Positions 30,076 through 43,400 of a stretch of DNA of 64,000 bases are shown here, in pieces; the first letter of the stretch is position 1, and every line of letters starts with the position of its first letter. The position numbers were made by a program, and so were the translations under genes. Source of the DNA: Antedon mediterranea (Eukaryota > Animalia > Echinodermata); the NCBI RefSeq assembly GCF_964355755.1, contig NC_092680.1, forward strand, positions 16,997,045 through 17,061,044, written 5' to 3'. A model generated the notes under the pieces. The model ran no database searches, was not told the origin of the DNA, and was given only the letters and a program-made list of their open reading frames with translations.

Positions 30076-33000
30076 CTAAGTCAGCTGTGTGACTTAGGCA
30101 AATAAGGAGAGCTGACATATGATCTGCCTAACTCACTGCTTATATCATTATACTGCCCTCTGTACATTATCTGAGTGCTTGTATATACATTTGCACATGC
30201 TCAGATCGTTTTTTGTGTTTCTGCCTAAGTCAGCTGTGTGACTTAGGCAATTAAGAAGAGGAGACTCATGATTTTTTAATTCTTTCTCTTTTATTGCTAC
30301 TTTCCTTTTCTAAAATCATCAGTGTTAATTTTAATCTGAAGAGCTGATGCTATTAAATTTTGTTACTTAAAGGTAGCATTTTTTGGATATCGACAGCCTC
30401 ATAACAAAAGTGTCTAAGTCATAATTTTATTTTTCTGCCTAACTCACTGCTTATATCAATATACTATATTTTTTGTGTTTCTGCCTAAGTCAGCTGTGTG
30501 ACTTAGGCAATTAAGGAGAGCTGACTTATGATCTGCCTAACTCACTGCTTATATCAATATACTATATTTTTTGTGTTTCTGCCTAAGTCAGCTTTGTGAC
30601 TTAGGCAATTAAGGAGAGCTGACTTATGATCTGCCTAACTCACTGCTTATATCAATATACTATATTTTTTGTGTTTCTGCCTAAGTCAGCTTTGTGACTT
30701 AAGCAATTAAGGAGAGCTGACTTATGATCTGCCTAACTCACTGCTTATATCATTATACTGCACTCTGTACATTATCTGAGTGCTTTTATATACATTTGCA
30801 CATGCTCAGATCGTTTTTTGTGTTTCTGCCTAAGTCAGATGTGTGACTTAGGCAATTAGGGAGAGGAGACTCATGATTTTTTTAATAAAATAAGAAATAC
30901 ATTTTTATAGTATATTTTTTAACCCATTTGTTACAAATTCTTTCTCTTTTATTGCTACTTTCCTTTTCTAAAATCATCAGTGTTAATTTTAATCTGAAGA
31001 GCTAATGCTATTAAATTTTGTTACTTAAAGGTAGCATTTTTTGTATATAGATGATATCGACAGCCTCATAACAAAAGTGTCTAAGTCATAATTTGTGTTT
31101 TGTTTTTCTGCCTAACTCACTGCTTATATCAATATACTATATTTTTTGTTTTTCTGCCTAAGTCAGCTGTGTGACTTAGGCAATTAAGGAGAGCTGACTT
31201 ATGATCTGCCTAACTCACTGCTTATATCAATATACTATATTTTATGTGTTTCTGCCTAAGTCAGCTGTGTGACTTAGGCAATTAAGGAGAGCTTACTTAT
31301 GATATGCCTAACTCACTGCTTATATCAATATACTATATTTTTTGTGTTTCTGCCTAAGTCAGCTTTGTGACTTAGGCAATTAAGGAGAGCTGACTTATGA
31401 TCTGCCTAACTCACTGCTTATATCATTATACTGTCTTCTGTACATTATCTGAGTGCTTTTATATACATTTGCACATGCTCAGATCGTTTTTTGTGTTTCT
31501 GCCTAAGTCAGCTGTGTGACTTAGGCAATTAGGGAGAGGAGACTCATGATTTTTTAAATAAAATAAGAAATACATTTTTATAGTATATTTTTTAACCCAT
31601 GTGTTACAAATTCTTTCTCTTTTATTGCTACTTTCCTTTTCTAAAATCATCAGTGTTAATTTTAATCTGAAGAGCTAATGCTATTAAATTTTGTTAATTA
31701 AAGGTAGCATTTTTTGTATATAGATGATATCGACAGCCTCATAACAAAAGTGTCTAAGTCATAATTTTATTTTTCTGCCTAACTCACTGCTTATAACAAT
31801 ATACTATATTTTTTGTGTTTCTGCCTAAGTCAGCTGTGTGACTTAGGCAATTAAGGAGAGCTGACTTATGATCTGCCTAACTCACTGCTTATATCGATAT
31901 ACTATATTTTTTGTGTTTCTGCCTAAGTCAGCTTTGTGACTTAGGCAATTAAGGAGAGTTGACTTATGATCTGCCTAACTCACTGCTTATATCATTATAT
32001 TGCACTCTGTACATTATCTGAGTGCTTTTATATACATTTGCACATGCTCAGATCGTTTTTTGTGTTTCTGCCTAAGTCAGATGTGTGACTTAGGCAATTA
32101 GGGAGAGGAGACTCATGATTTTTTAAATAAAATAAGAAATACATTTTTATAGTATATTTTTTAACCCATGTGTTACAAATTCTTTCTCTTTTATTGCTAC
32201 TTTCCTTTTCTAAAATCATCAGTGTTAATTTTAATCTGAAGAGCTAATGCTATTAAATTTTGTTACTTAAAGGTAGCATTTTTTGTATATAGATGATATC
32301 GACAGCCTCATAACAAACGTGTCTAAGTCATAATTTGTGTTTTGTTTTCTGCCTAACTCACTGCTTATATCAATATACTATATTTTTTGTGTTTCTGCCT
32401 AAGTCAGCTGTGTGACTTAGGCAATTAAGGAGAGCTGACTTATGATCTGCCTAACTCACTGCTTATATCATTATACTGCCCTCTGTACATTATCTGAGTG
32501 CTTTTATATACATTTGCACATGCTCAGATCGTTTTTTGTGTTTCTGCCTAAGTCAGCTGTGTGACTTAGGCAATTAAGGAGAGGAGACTGATGATTTTTA
32601 AAATAAAATAAGAAATACATTTTTATAGTATATTTTTTAACCCATTTGTTAAAAATTCTTTCTCTTTTATTGCTACTTTCCTTTTCTAAATTCATCAGTG
32701 TAAATTTTAATCTGAAGAGCTGATGCTATTAAATTTTGTTACTTAAAGGTAGCATTTTTTGTATATAGATGATATCGACAGCCTCATAACAAATGTGTCT
32801 AAGACATAATTTTTGTTTTTCTGCCTAACTCACTGCTTATATCAATATACTATATTTTTTGTGTTTCTCCCCAAGTCAGCTGTGTGACTTAGGCAATTAA
32901 GGAGAGCTGACTTATGATCTGCCTAACTCACTGCTTATATCTTTATACTGCCCTCTGTACATTATCTGAGTGCTTTTATATACATTTCCACATGCTCAGA

Positions 33001-33558
33001 TCGTTTTTTTGTGTTTCTGCCTAAGTCAGCTGTGTGACTTAGGCAATTAAGGAGAGGAGACTCATGATTTTTAAAATAAAATAAGAAATACATTTTTATA
33101 GTATATTTCTTAACCCATTTTTGACAAATTCTTTCTCTTTTATTGCTACTTTCCTTTTCTAAAATCATCAGTGTTAATTTTAATCTGAAGAGCTGATGCT
33201 ATTAGATTTTGTTACTTAAAGGTAGCATTTTTTGTATATAGATGATATCGACAGCCTCATAACAAAAGTGTCTAAGTCATAATTTTTGTTTTGTTTTTCT
33301 GCCTAACTCACTGCTTATATCAATATACTATATTTTTTGTGTTTCTGCCTAAGTCAGCTGTGTGACTTAAGCAATTAAGGAGAGCTGACTTATGATCTGC
33401 CTAACTCACTGCTTATATCATTATACTGCCCTCTGTACATTATCTGAGTGCTTTTATATACATTTGCACATGCTCAGATCGTTTTTGTGTTTGCAATTAA
33501 GGAGAGGAGACTCATGATTTTTTAAATAAAATAAGAAATACATTTTTATAGTATATTT
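30076..33558. repeat. Composite satellite: 98-bp hairpin subunits embedded in ~470-670-bp higher-order units
   Basis: TGCCTAAGTCA-GCTGTG-TGACTTAGGCA subunit with variable copy number between a constant ~370-bp segment. Confidence 0.92.
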
Positions 33559-33700
33559 TTGGTCTCTTTAGTTCACTATGTCGGTCGGTCGGTCTGTCTG
33601 TCTGCGTTTTATCGCTTTTCTGTACTTTTTGAACTGTTTTGATGTACAGAAAAGTTTTAAAGTACACGAGCACGCGACTTATGGCTGTTGGCCTTGTTTT
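33559..33700 (+). mobile_element. Short HINE/DINE-like fragment at a satellite junction
   Basis: (GGTC)n(GTCT)n microsatellite and 3' end CACGCGACTTATGGCTGTTGGCCTTGTT. Confidence 0.55.
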
Positions 33701-36700
33701 TGACATAAATGGTTACTATTGCATAATAAACATGCGCAGAGTCGAATAATAGGTTCTGCGCATGTCAATTGTGCTATAATAACCATATTTGACATAAATA
33801 TAGCACAATTGACATGCGCAGAACCCATTATTCGACTCTGCGCATGTTTATTATGCTATAGTAACCATTTATGTCAAAAAATAAAAAGGTAAAAAATTGG
33901 CCATTTTTCGAAAATTTGACATAAATGGTTACTATAGCATAATAAACATGCGCAGAGTCGACTAATGGGTTCTGCGCATGTAAATTGTGCTATAGTAACC
34001 ATTTTTTTATCGACAAATAAAAAGGTCGGAAATTGGCAATTTTTTGAAAAAAATTCCTGTACTATAGTACAGGTAAATTTTCGAAAAATGGCAGATTTTG
34101 ACCCTTTTTTTCTGACATAAATGGTTACTATTGCATAATAAACATGCGCAGAGACGAATAATGGGTTCTGCGCATGTCAATTGTGCTATAAACTAGTAAC
34201 CAGTTTTGACATAAATGGTTACTATAGCATAATAAACATGCGCAGAGTCGACTAATGGGTTCTGCGCATGCTAATTGTGCTATAGTAACGAGTTTTATCG
34301 AAAAATAAAAAGGTCGAAAATTGGCAATTTTTTGAAAAAATTCCTGTACTACAGTACAGGGGAATTTTTGAAAAATGACCGATTTTCGACCCTTTTATTT
34401 TTTGACAGAAATGGTTACTATTGCATAATAAACATGCGCAGAGACGAATAATGGGTCCTGCGCATGTCAATTGTGCTATAGTAACCAGTTTTGACATAAA
34501 TGGTTACTATAGCATACTAAAAATGCGCAGAGTCGACTAATAACTTCTGCGCATTTTAATTGTGCTATAGTAACCAGTTTTATCGAAAAATAAAAAGGTC
34601 GAAAATTGGCCATTTTTTTGAACAAATCCCTTTACTAAAGTACAGGAAAATTTTCGAAAAATGGCCGATTTTCGACCCTTTTATTTTTTGACATAAATGG
34701 TTACTATAGCATAATAAACATGCGCAGAGTCGACTAATGGGTTCTGCGCATGTAAATTGTGCTATAGTAACCAGTTTTTTATCGAAAAATAAAAATGTCG
34801 GAAATTGGCAATTTTTTGAAAAAAATCCCTGTACTATAGTACAGGTAAATTTTCGAAAAATGGCCGATTTTGACCTTTTTTTTCTGACATAAATGGTTAC
34901 TATTGCATAATAAACATGCGCAGAGACGAATAATGGGTTCTGCGCATGTCAATTGTGCTATACACTAGTTTTGACATAAATGGTTACTATAGCATAATAA
35001 ACATGCGCAGAGTCGACTAATGGGTTCTGCGCATGCTAATTGTGCTATAGTAACGAGTTTTATCGAAAAATAAAAAGGTCGAAAATTGGCCATTTTTTGA
35101 AAAAATTCCTGTACTATAGTACAGGGGAATTTTTGAAAAATGACCGATTTTCGACCCTTTTATTTTTTGACATAAATGGTTATTATTGCATAATAAACAT
35201 GCGCAGAGACGAATAATGGGTTCTGCGCATGTCAATTGTGCTATAGTAACCAGTTTTGACATAAATGGTTACTATAGCATACTAAAAATGCGCAGAGTCG
35301 ACTAATAACTTCTGCGCATTTTAATTGTGCTATAGTAACCAGTTTTATCGAAAAATAAAAAGGTCGAAAATTGGCCATTTTTTGAACAAATCCCTTTACT
35401 AAAGTACAGGGAAATTTTCGAAAAATGGCCGATTTTCGACCCTTTTATTTTTTGACATAAATGGTTACTATAGTATAATAAACATGCGCAGAGTCGACTA
35501 ATGGGTTCTGCGCATGTAAATTGTGCTATAGTAACCAGTTTTTTATCGAAAAATAAAAATGTCGGAAATTGGCAATTTTTTGAAAAAAATCCCTGTACTA
35601 TAGTACAGGTAAATTTTCGAAAAATGGCCGATTTTGACCCTTTTTTTCTGACATAAATGGTTAACATTGCATAATAAACATGCGCAGAGACGAATAATGG
35701 GTTCTGCGCATGTCAATTGTGCTATACACTAGTTTTGACATAAATGGTTACTATAGCATAATAAACATGCGCAGAGTCGACTAATGGGTTCTGCGCATGC
35801 TAATTGCGCTATAGTAACGAGTTTTATCGAAAAATAAAAAGGTCGAAAATTGGCCATTTTTTGAAAAAATTCCTGTACTATAGTACAGGGGAATTTTCGA
35901 AAAATGACCAATTTTCGACCCTTTTATTTTTTGACATAAATGGTTACTATAGCATAATAAACATGCGCAGAGACGAATAATGGGTTCTGCGCATGTCAAT
36001 TGTGCTATAGTAACCAGTTTTGACATAAATGGTTACTATTAGCATAATAAACATGCGCAGAGTCGACTAATGGGTTCTGCGCATGCTAATTGTGCTATAG
36101 TAACGAGTTTTATCGAAAAATAAAAAGGTCGGAAATTGGCCATTTTTTAAAAAAATTCCTGTACTATAGTACAGGGGAATTTTCGAAAAATGACCAATTT
36201 TCGACCCTTTTATTTTTTGACATAAATGGTTACTATTGCATAATAAACATGCGCAGAGACGAATAATGGGTTCTGCGCATGTCAATTGTGCTATAGTAAC
36301 CAGTTTTGACATAAATGGTTACTATAGCATACTAAAAATGCGCAGAGTCGACTAATAACTTCTGCGCATTTTAATTGTGCTATAGTAACCAGTTTTATCG
36401 AAAAATAAAAAGGTCGAAAATTGGCCATTTTTTGAACAAATCCCTTTACTAAAGTACAGGGAAATTTTCGAAAAATGGCCGATTTTCGACCCTTTTATTT
36501 TTTGACATAAATGGTTACTATAGCATAATAAACATGCGCAGACACGAATAATGGGTTCTGCGCATGTCAATTGTGCTATAGTAACCAGTTTTGACATAAA
36601 TGGTTACTATTAGCATAATAAACATGCGCAGAGTCGACTAATGGGTTCTGCGCATGCTAATTGTGCTATAGTAACGAGTTTTATCGAAAAATAAAAAGGT

Positions 36701-37660
36701 CGGAAATTGGCCATTTTTTGAAAAAATTCCTGTACTATAGTACAGGGGAATTTTCGAAAAATGACCGATTTTCGACCCTTTTATTTTTTGACATAAATGG
36801 TTACTATTGCATAATAAACATGCGCAGAGACGAATAATGGGTTCTGCGCAGAGACGAATAATGGGTTCTGCGCATGTCAATTGTGCTATAGTAACCAGTT
36901 TTTGACATAAATGGTTACTATAGCATAATAAACATGCGCAGAGTCGACTAATGGGTTCTGCGCATGTCAATTGTGCTATAGTAACCAGTTTTGACATAAA
37001 TGGTTACTATAGCATAATAAACATGCGCAGAGTCGAATAATGGGTTCTGCGCATGTCAATTGTGCCATAATAACCAGTTTTATCGAAAAATAAAAAGGTC
37101 GAAAATTTGCCATTTCTTGAAAAAAATCCCTGTACTATAGTAAGGAAAATTTTTGAAAAATGGCCAATTTTCGACCCTTTTATTTTTTGACATAAATGGT
37201 TACTATAGCATAATCAACATGCGCAGAGTCGAATAATAACTTCTGCGCATGTTAATTGTGCTATAGTAACCAGTTTTATCGAAAAATAAAAAGGTCGAAA
37301 ATTGGCCATTTTTTGGAAAATGCATAATAAACATGCACAGAGTCGAATAATGGGATTTTTTTCAAGGAAATGCCAAATTCCGACCTTACTATTTTTCGAT
37401 ATAACTTGTTACTATAGCATAATTGACATGCGCAGAACATATTATTTTACTCTGCGCATGTTAATTACGATATAGTTACAAGTTATGTCAAGAAATATAA
37501 GGGTCGAAAATGTTCTATTTTTCGAAAATTTTCCAAATTCCGATCTTACTATTTTTTTGGTTTAAAAAACTTGCCAAATTCCTATTTCAAGTTCCTATAG
37601 AATAATTGACATGCGCGGAACACATTATTTGACCCTGCGCATGTTTATTATTATATAGTA
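33701..37660. repeat. ~195-bp palindrome-rich satellite, right block, with ~765-bp higher-order periodicity
   Basis: Same unit as 25020-28130; homologous spurious ORFs at 34252, 35017 and 35781 mark the higher-order period. Confidence 0.92.
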
Positions 37661-38129
37661 TTTGTTCGAAACATTTACTTTCTAAATACCCCAAATACAG
37701 CTTGCCTTGCATATAGAATGCTAAAGAGAACTAAACGCAGACTAAATTAGTTTATAATGTTTTATACATCCAATTTGACCGGCCTAAATAGTATCAGAAT
37801 TAGTAATTGTTATGATCATCATTAGTCTGGCCTCTAAATTAGAAACACCTAAGCCTCACTACAACTTCAAGGTTGATTATCAGAGCGAGGGCAGGTAGAA
37901 CTTTTTAGTGATGCTCCTTGTTAAGAAAAGAAATAGAAAAAATACAATACATTTTATCAAGAAATATGCATAAAAAAACATAAAATATTCTAAATAGGAC
38001 GGAAAGGGTAATTAGGAAAGAATGAAAGGAATAGGGGATGTGGAGTCCACTGCAATTATATATGTCACAGGGTCTGAAAATATTAATACCTACATAGATA
38101 AGACCTTAGACATTACATATACCTACAAA

Positions 38130-39660
38130 ACAATAAATAATAAAAAAAAAAAAAAAACCTGTTAATCATTATCATTATTAATTAATAAAATAAAACAATC
38201 AATATGTTAATATTAGGGAAAGAATCATGTAAATTATTATCATATTTTAATAATAAAATACAAAGAAAAACAAGAGAAACCTGTAAATCGTTAGCATAAT
38301 AATTAATAAAATACCTAGAAAAACAATCAATATTATGCTAATAGAGGAAGGAAACATGTAAATCATTAGCATAATAATTAATAAAATACCTAGAAAAACA
38401 ATCAATATTATGCTAATAGAGGAAGGAAACATGTAAATCATTAGCATAATAATTAATAAAATACCTAGAAAAACAATATTATGCTGATAAGGGAAAGAAA
38501 CATGTAAATCATTAGCATATTATTATTAATAAAATACATAGAAAAACAATCAATATTATGCTAATAAGGGAAAGAAACCTGCAAATCATTAGCATAATAA
38601 TTAATAAAATACCTAGAAAAACAATCAATATTATGTTAATAAGGAAAAGAAACATGTACATCATTAGCATAATAATTAATAAAATACATAGAAAAACAAT
38701 CAATATTATGTTAATAAGGAAAAGAAACATGTAAATCATTAGCATAATAATTAATAAAATACATAGAAAAACAATCAATATTATGTTAATAAGGAAAAGA
38801 AACATGTAAATCATTAGCATAATAATTAATAAAATACATAGAAAAACAATCAATATTATGTTAATAAGGGAAAGAAACCTGTAAATCATTAACATATTAA
38901 TTAATAAAATACCTAGAAAAACAATCAATATTATGCTAATAAGGAAAAGAAACATGTAAATCATTAGCATAATAATTAATAAAATACATAGAAAAACAAT
39001 CAATATTATGTTAATAAGGGAAAGAAACATGTAAATCATTAGCATATTAATTAATAAAATACATAAAAAACAATCAATATTATGCTAATAAGGAAAAGAA
39101 ACCTGTAAATCATTAGCATATTAATTAATAAAATACATAGAAAAACAATCAATATTATGTTAATAAGGGAAAGAAACATGTAAATCATTAGCATAATAAT
39201 TAATAAAATACATAGAAAAACAATCAATATTATGCTAATAGAGGAAAGAAACCTGTAAATCATTAGCATAATAATTAATAAAATACCTAGAAAAACAATC
39301 AATATTATGCTAATAGAGGAAAGAAACATGTAAATCATTAGCATAATAATTAATAAAATACCTAGAAAAACAATCAATATTATGTTAATATGGAAAAGAA
39401 ACATGTAAATCATTAGCATAATAATTAATAAAATACATAGAAAAACAATCAATATTATGTTAATAAGGGAAAGAAACATGTACATCATTAGCATATTCTA
39501 TTAATAAAATACCTACAAAAATAATCAATATTATGATAATATGGGAAAGAAACCTGTAAATCATTAAAATATTATATTAATAAAATACCCACAAAATCAA
39601 TCTTATGTTAATAAGGGAAAGAAACCTGTAAATTATTAGTATATTTTATCAATAAAATAA
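38130..39660. repeat. 75-bp AT-rich tandem satellite, ~20 copies
   Basis: Unit AAACATGTAAATCATTAGCATAATAATTAATAAAATACCTAGAAAAACAATCAATATTATGCTAATAAGGAAAG. Confidence 0.93.
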
Positions 39661-40437
39661 AAACAATATACCTAGAAAAAACACGTTTTTTAAAAAAACG
39701 TAGAAAAGCAGTATGCTTATAAGAGAAAAAAACCCTAATGAACCATTTATTTTGCACTAGGAGTCATACAAAAATCAATATACTTTTTTTAATGCAAATA
39801 CTTATCTATATAACAACAAAATCAACATAAATGTTTACCATTTACAGTTCAACATTTACTTACAGCGACCTGCTAAAATCCTGAGATATGCTCTAAATGT
39901 GGTGGAGCATGAAAGAGTCCATGACATCTATGCTCTCAGTTTATCCAAGTGGCCCAACAAGCAACCTATATCAAGATCTAAAAAGAACACTGGAGAAGAA
40001 AAATAGTATATCATGCTTACCTTAATCATACTTACCGCAACTGCAATGTTAACACATACATCTGTGGTCCATTTGGACATCTCTCCTACAAAGTATAGAA
40101 AACATGTGCTTGCTTAGTGAGAGAGAATGTATCATAAAAACATGTAGGCCTACCGTGTCAATAGAGAGCCAAGGATTTCATTTTAGTTTTCTATTTTTAG
40201 AAAATTGTTGTCTTAAGGATATTCGTCTGGTGACACATTTATTGTGATGAATTATTGTGATTGTGATGGATTATTTTTAGGTTTTTCAATAAAAAAAATG
40301 AAAATATACATTTCTTTTATGTATATAAAACATCATACTTACCCAACATAAATACTTATGAAATAGTTTCCATTAGGAATTGTTTACAAAACAAACCATA
40401 GCTATCCAGCAAAAACTGTACAGAAAGAAACCATATG

Positions 40438-43400
40438 TCTACTGGATGAGTTGAATGTTGAATACATCAATTGTCTTGATATGGGGTGTACATCTTGACT
40501 GGATGAGTTGAATGTTGAATACATCACTTGTCTTTCTATGGGGTGTACATCTTGACTGAATGAGTTGAATGTTGAATACATCAATTGTCTTGTTATGGGG
40601 TGTACATCTTGACTGGATGAGTTGAATGTTGAATACATCAATTGTCTTGTTATGGGGTGTACACCTTGACTGGATGAGTTGAATGTTGAATACATCAATT
40701 GTCTTGATATGGGGTGTACATCTTTACTGGATGAGTTGAATGTTGAATGCATCACTTGTCTTGATATGGGGTGTACATCTTTACTGGATGAGTTGAATGT
40801 TGAATACATCAATTGTCTTGTTATGAGATGTACATCTTTACTGGATGAGTTAAATGTTGAATACATCAATTGTCTTGCTATGGGGTGTACATCTTTACTG
40901 GATGAGTTGAATGTTGAATACATCAATTGTCTTGTTATGGGATGTACATCTTTACTGGACAACTTGAATGTTGAATACATCAATTGTCTTGCTATGGGGT
41001 GTACATCTTTACTGGATGAGTTGAATGTTGAATACATCAATTGTCTTGTTATGGGATGTACATCTTTACTGGATGAGTTTAATGTTGAATACATCACTTG
41101 TCTTGTTATTGAGTGTACATCTTTACTGGATGAGTTTAATGTTGAATACATCAATTGTCTTGTTATGGGATGTACATCTTTACTGGACAACTTGAATGTT
41201 GAATACATCAATTGTCTTGTTATGGGATGTACATCTTTACTGGACAACTTGAATGTTGAATACATCAATTGTCTTGTTATGGGATGTACATCTTTACTGG
41301 ATGAGTTGAATGTTGAATGCATCACTTGTCTTGTTATTGAGTGTACATCTTTACTGGATAAGTTTAATGTTGAATACATCAATTGTCTTGTTATGGGGTG
41401 TACATCCTTACTGGACAACTTGAATGTTGAATACATCAATTGTCTTGTTATGGGATGTACATCTTTACTGGATGAGTTGAATGTTGAATGCATCAATCGT
41501 CTTGTTATGGGATGTACATCTTTACTGGATGAGTTGAATGTTGAATGCATCAATTGTCTTGTTATGGGATGTACATCTTTACTGGATGAGTTAAAATGTT
41601 GAATACATCAATTGTCTTGCTATGGTGTGTACATCTTTACTGGATGAGTTGAATGTTGAATACATCACTTGTCTTGTTATCGGGTACATCTTTACTGGAC
41701 AACTTGAATGTTGAATACATCAATTGTCTTGCTATGGGGTGTACATCTTGACTGGCTGAGTTGAATGTTGAATACATCAGTTGTCTTGTTATGGGGTGTA
41801 CATCTTGACTGGCTGAGTTGAATGTTGAATACATCAATTGTCTTTCTATGGGGTGTACATCTTGACTGGATGAGTTTAATGTTGAATACATCAATTGTCT
41901 TGTTATGGGATGTACATCTTTACTGGATGAGTTGAATGTTGAATACATCAATTGTCTTGATATAGGGTGTACATCTTGACTGGATGAGTTGAATGTTGAA
42001 TACATCATTTGTCTTGTTATGGGGTGTACATCTTGACTGGATGAGTTGAATGTTGAATGCATCACTTGTCTTGTCATGGGGTGTACACCTTGACTGGATG
42101 AGTTGAATGTTGAATACATCAATTGTCTTGATATGGGGTGTACATCTTTACTGGATGAGTTGAATGTTGAATGCATCACTTGTCTTAATATGGGGTGTAC
42201 ATCTTTACTGGATGAGTTGAATGTTGAATACATCAATTGTCTTGTCATGGGATGTACATCTTTACTGGATGAGTTGAATGTTGAATACATCACTTGTCTT
42301 GTTATGGGATGTACATCTTTAATGAATGAGTTTAATGTTGAATACATCACTTGTCTTGTTATGAGATGTACATCTTTACTGGACAATTTGAATGTTGAAT
42401 ACATCAATTGTCTTGTTATGGGATGTACATCTTTACTGGATGAGTTTAATGTTGAATACATCAATTGTCTTGTTATGGGATGTACATCTTTACTGAACAA
42501 CTTGAATGTTGAATACATCAATTGTCTTGTTATGGGATGTACATCTTTACTGGACAACTTGAATATTCAATACATCAATTGTCTTGTTATGGGATGTACA
42601 TCTTTACTGGATGAGTTGAATGTTGAATGCATCACTTGTCTTGTTATGGGATGTACATGTTGACTGGTAGAGTTGAATGTTGAATACATCAATTGTCTTG
42701 TTATGGGAAGTACATCTTTACTGGACGAGTTGAATGTTGAATGCATCACTTGTCTTGTTATTGAGTGTACATCTTTACAGGATAAGTTTAATGTTGAATA
42801 CATCAATTGTCTTGTTATGGGATGTACATCTTTACTATGAGTTGAATGTTGAATGCATCAATTGTCTTGTTATGGGATGTACATCTTTACTATGAGTTGA
42901 ATGTTGAATGCATCACTTGTCTTGATATGGGGTGTACATCTTTACTGGATGAGTTGAATGTTGAATACATCAATTGTCTTGTCATGGGATGTACATCTTT
43001 ACTGGATGAGTTGAATGTTGAATGCATCACTTGTCTTGATATGGGGTGTACATCTTTACTGGATGAGTTGAATGTTGAATACATCAATTGTCTTGTTATG
43101 GGATGTACATCTTTACTGGACAACTTGAATGTTGAATACATCAATTGTCTTGATATGGGGTGTACACCTTGACTGGATGAGTTGAATGTTGAATACATCA
43201 ATTGTCTTGTTATGGGGTGTACATCTTTACTGGATGAGTTGAATGTTGAATACATCAATTGTCTTGATATGGGGTGTACATCTTTACTGGATGAGTTGAA
43301 TGTTGAATACATCACTTGTCTTGTTATGGGATGTATATATTTAATGGATGAGTTGAATGTTGAATGCATCACTTGTCTTGTCATGGGGTGTACATCTTGA

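Noticed and set aside
37794-37824. C/D box pair on the - strand (ATGATGA ... CTGA)
   Set aside because: Boxes are only ~30 nt apart, too short for a C/D snoRNA
38247-39494. Hydrophobic, membrane-protein-like ORFs on the - strand
   Set aside because: 75-bp AT-rich satellite translation
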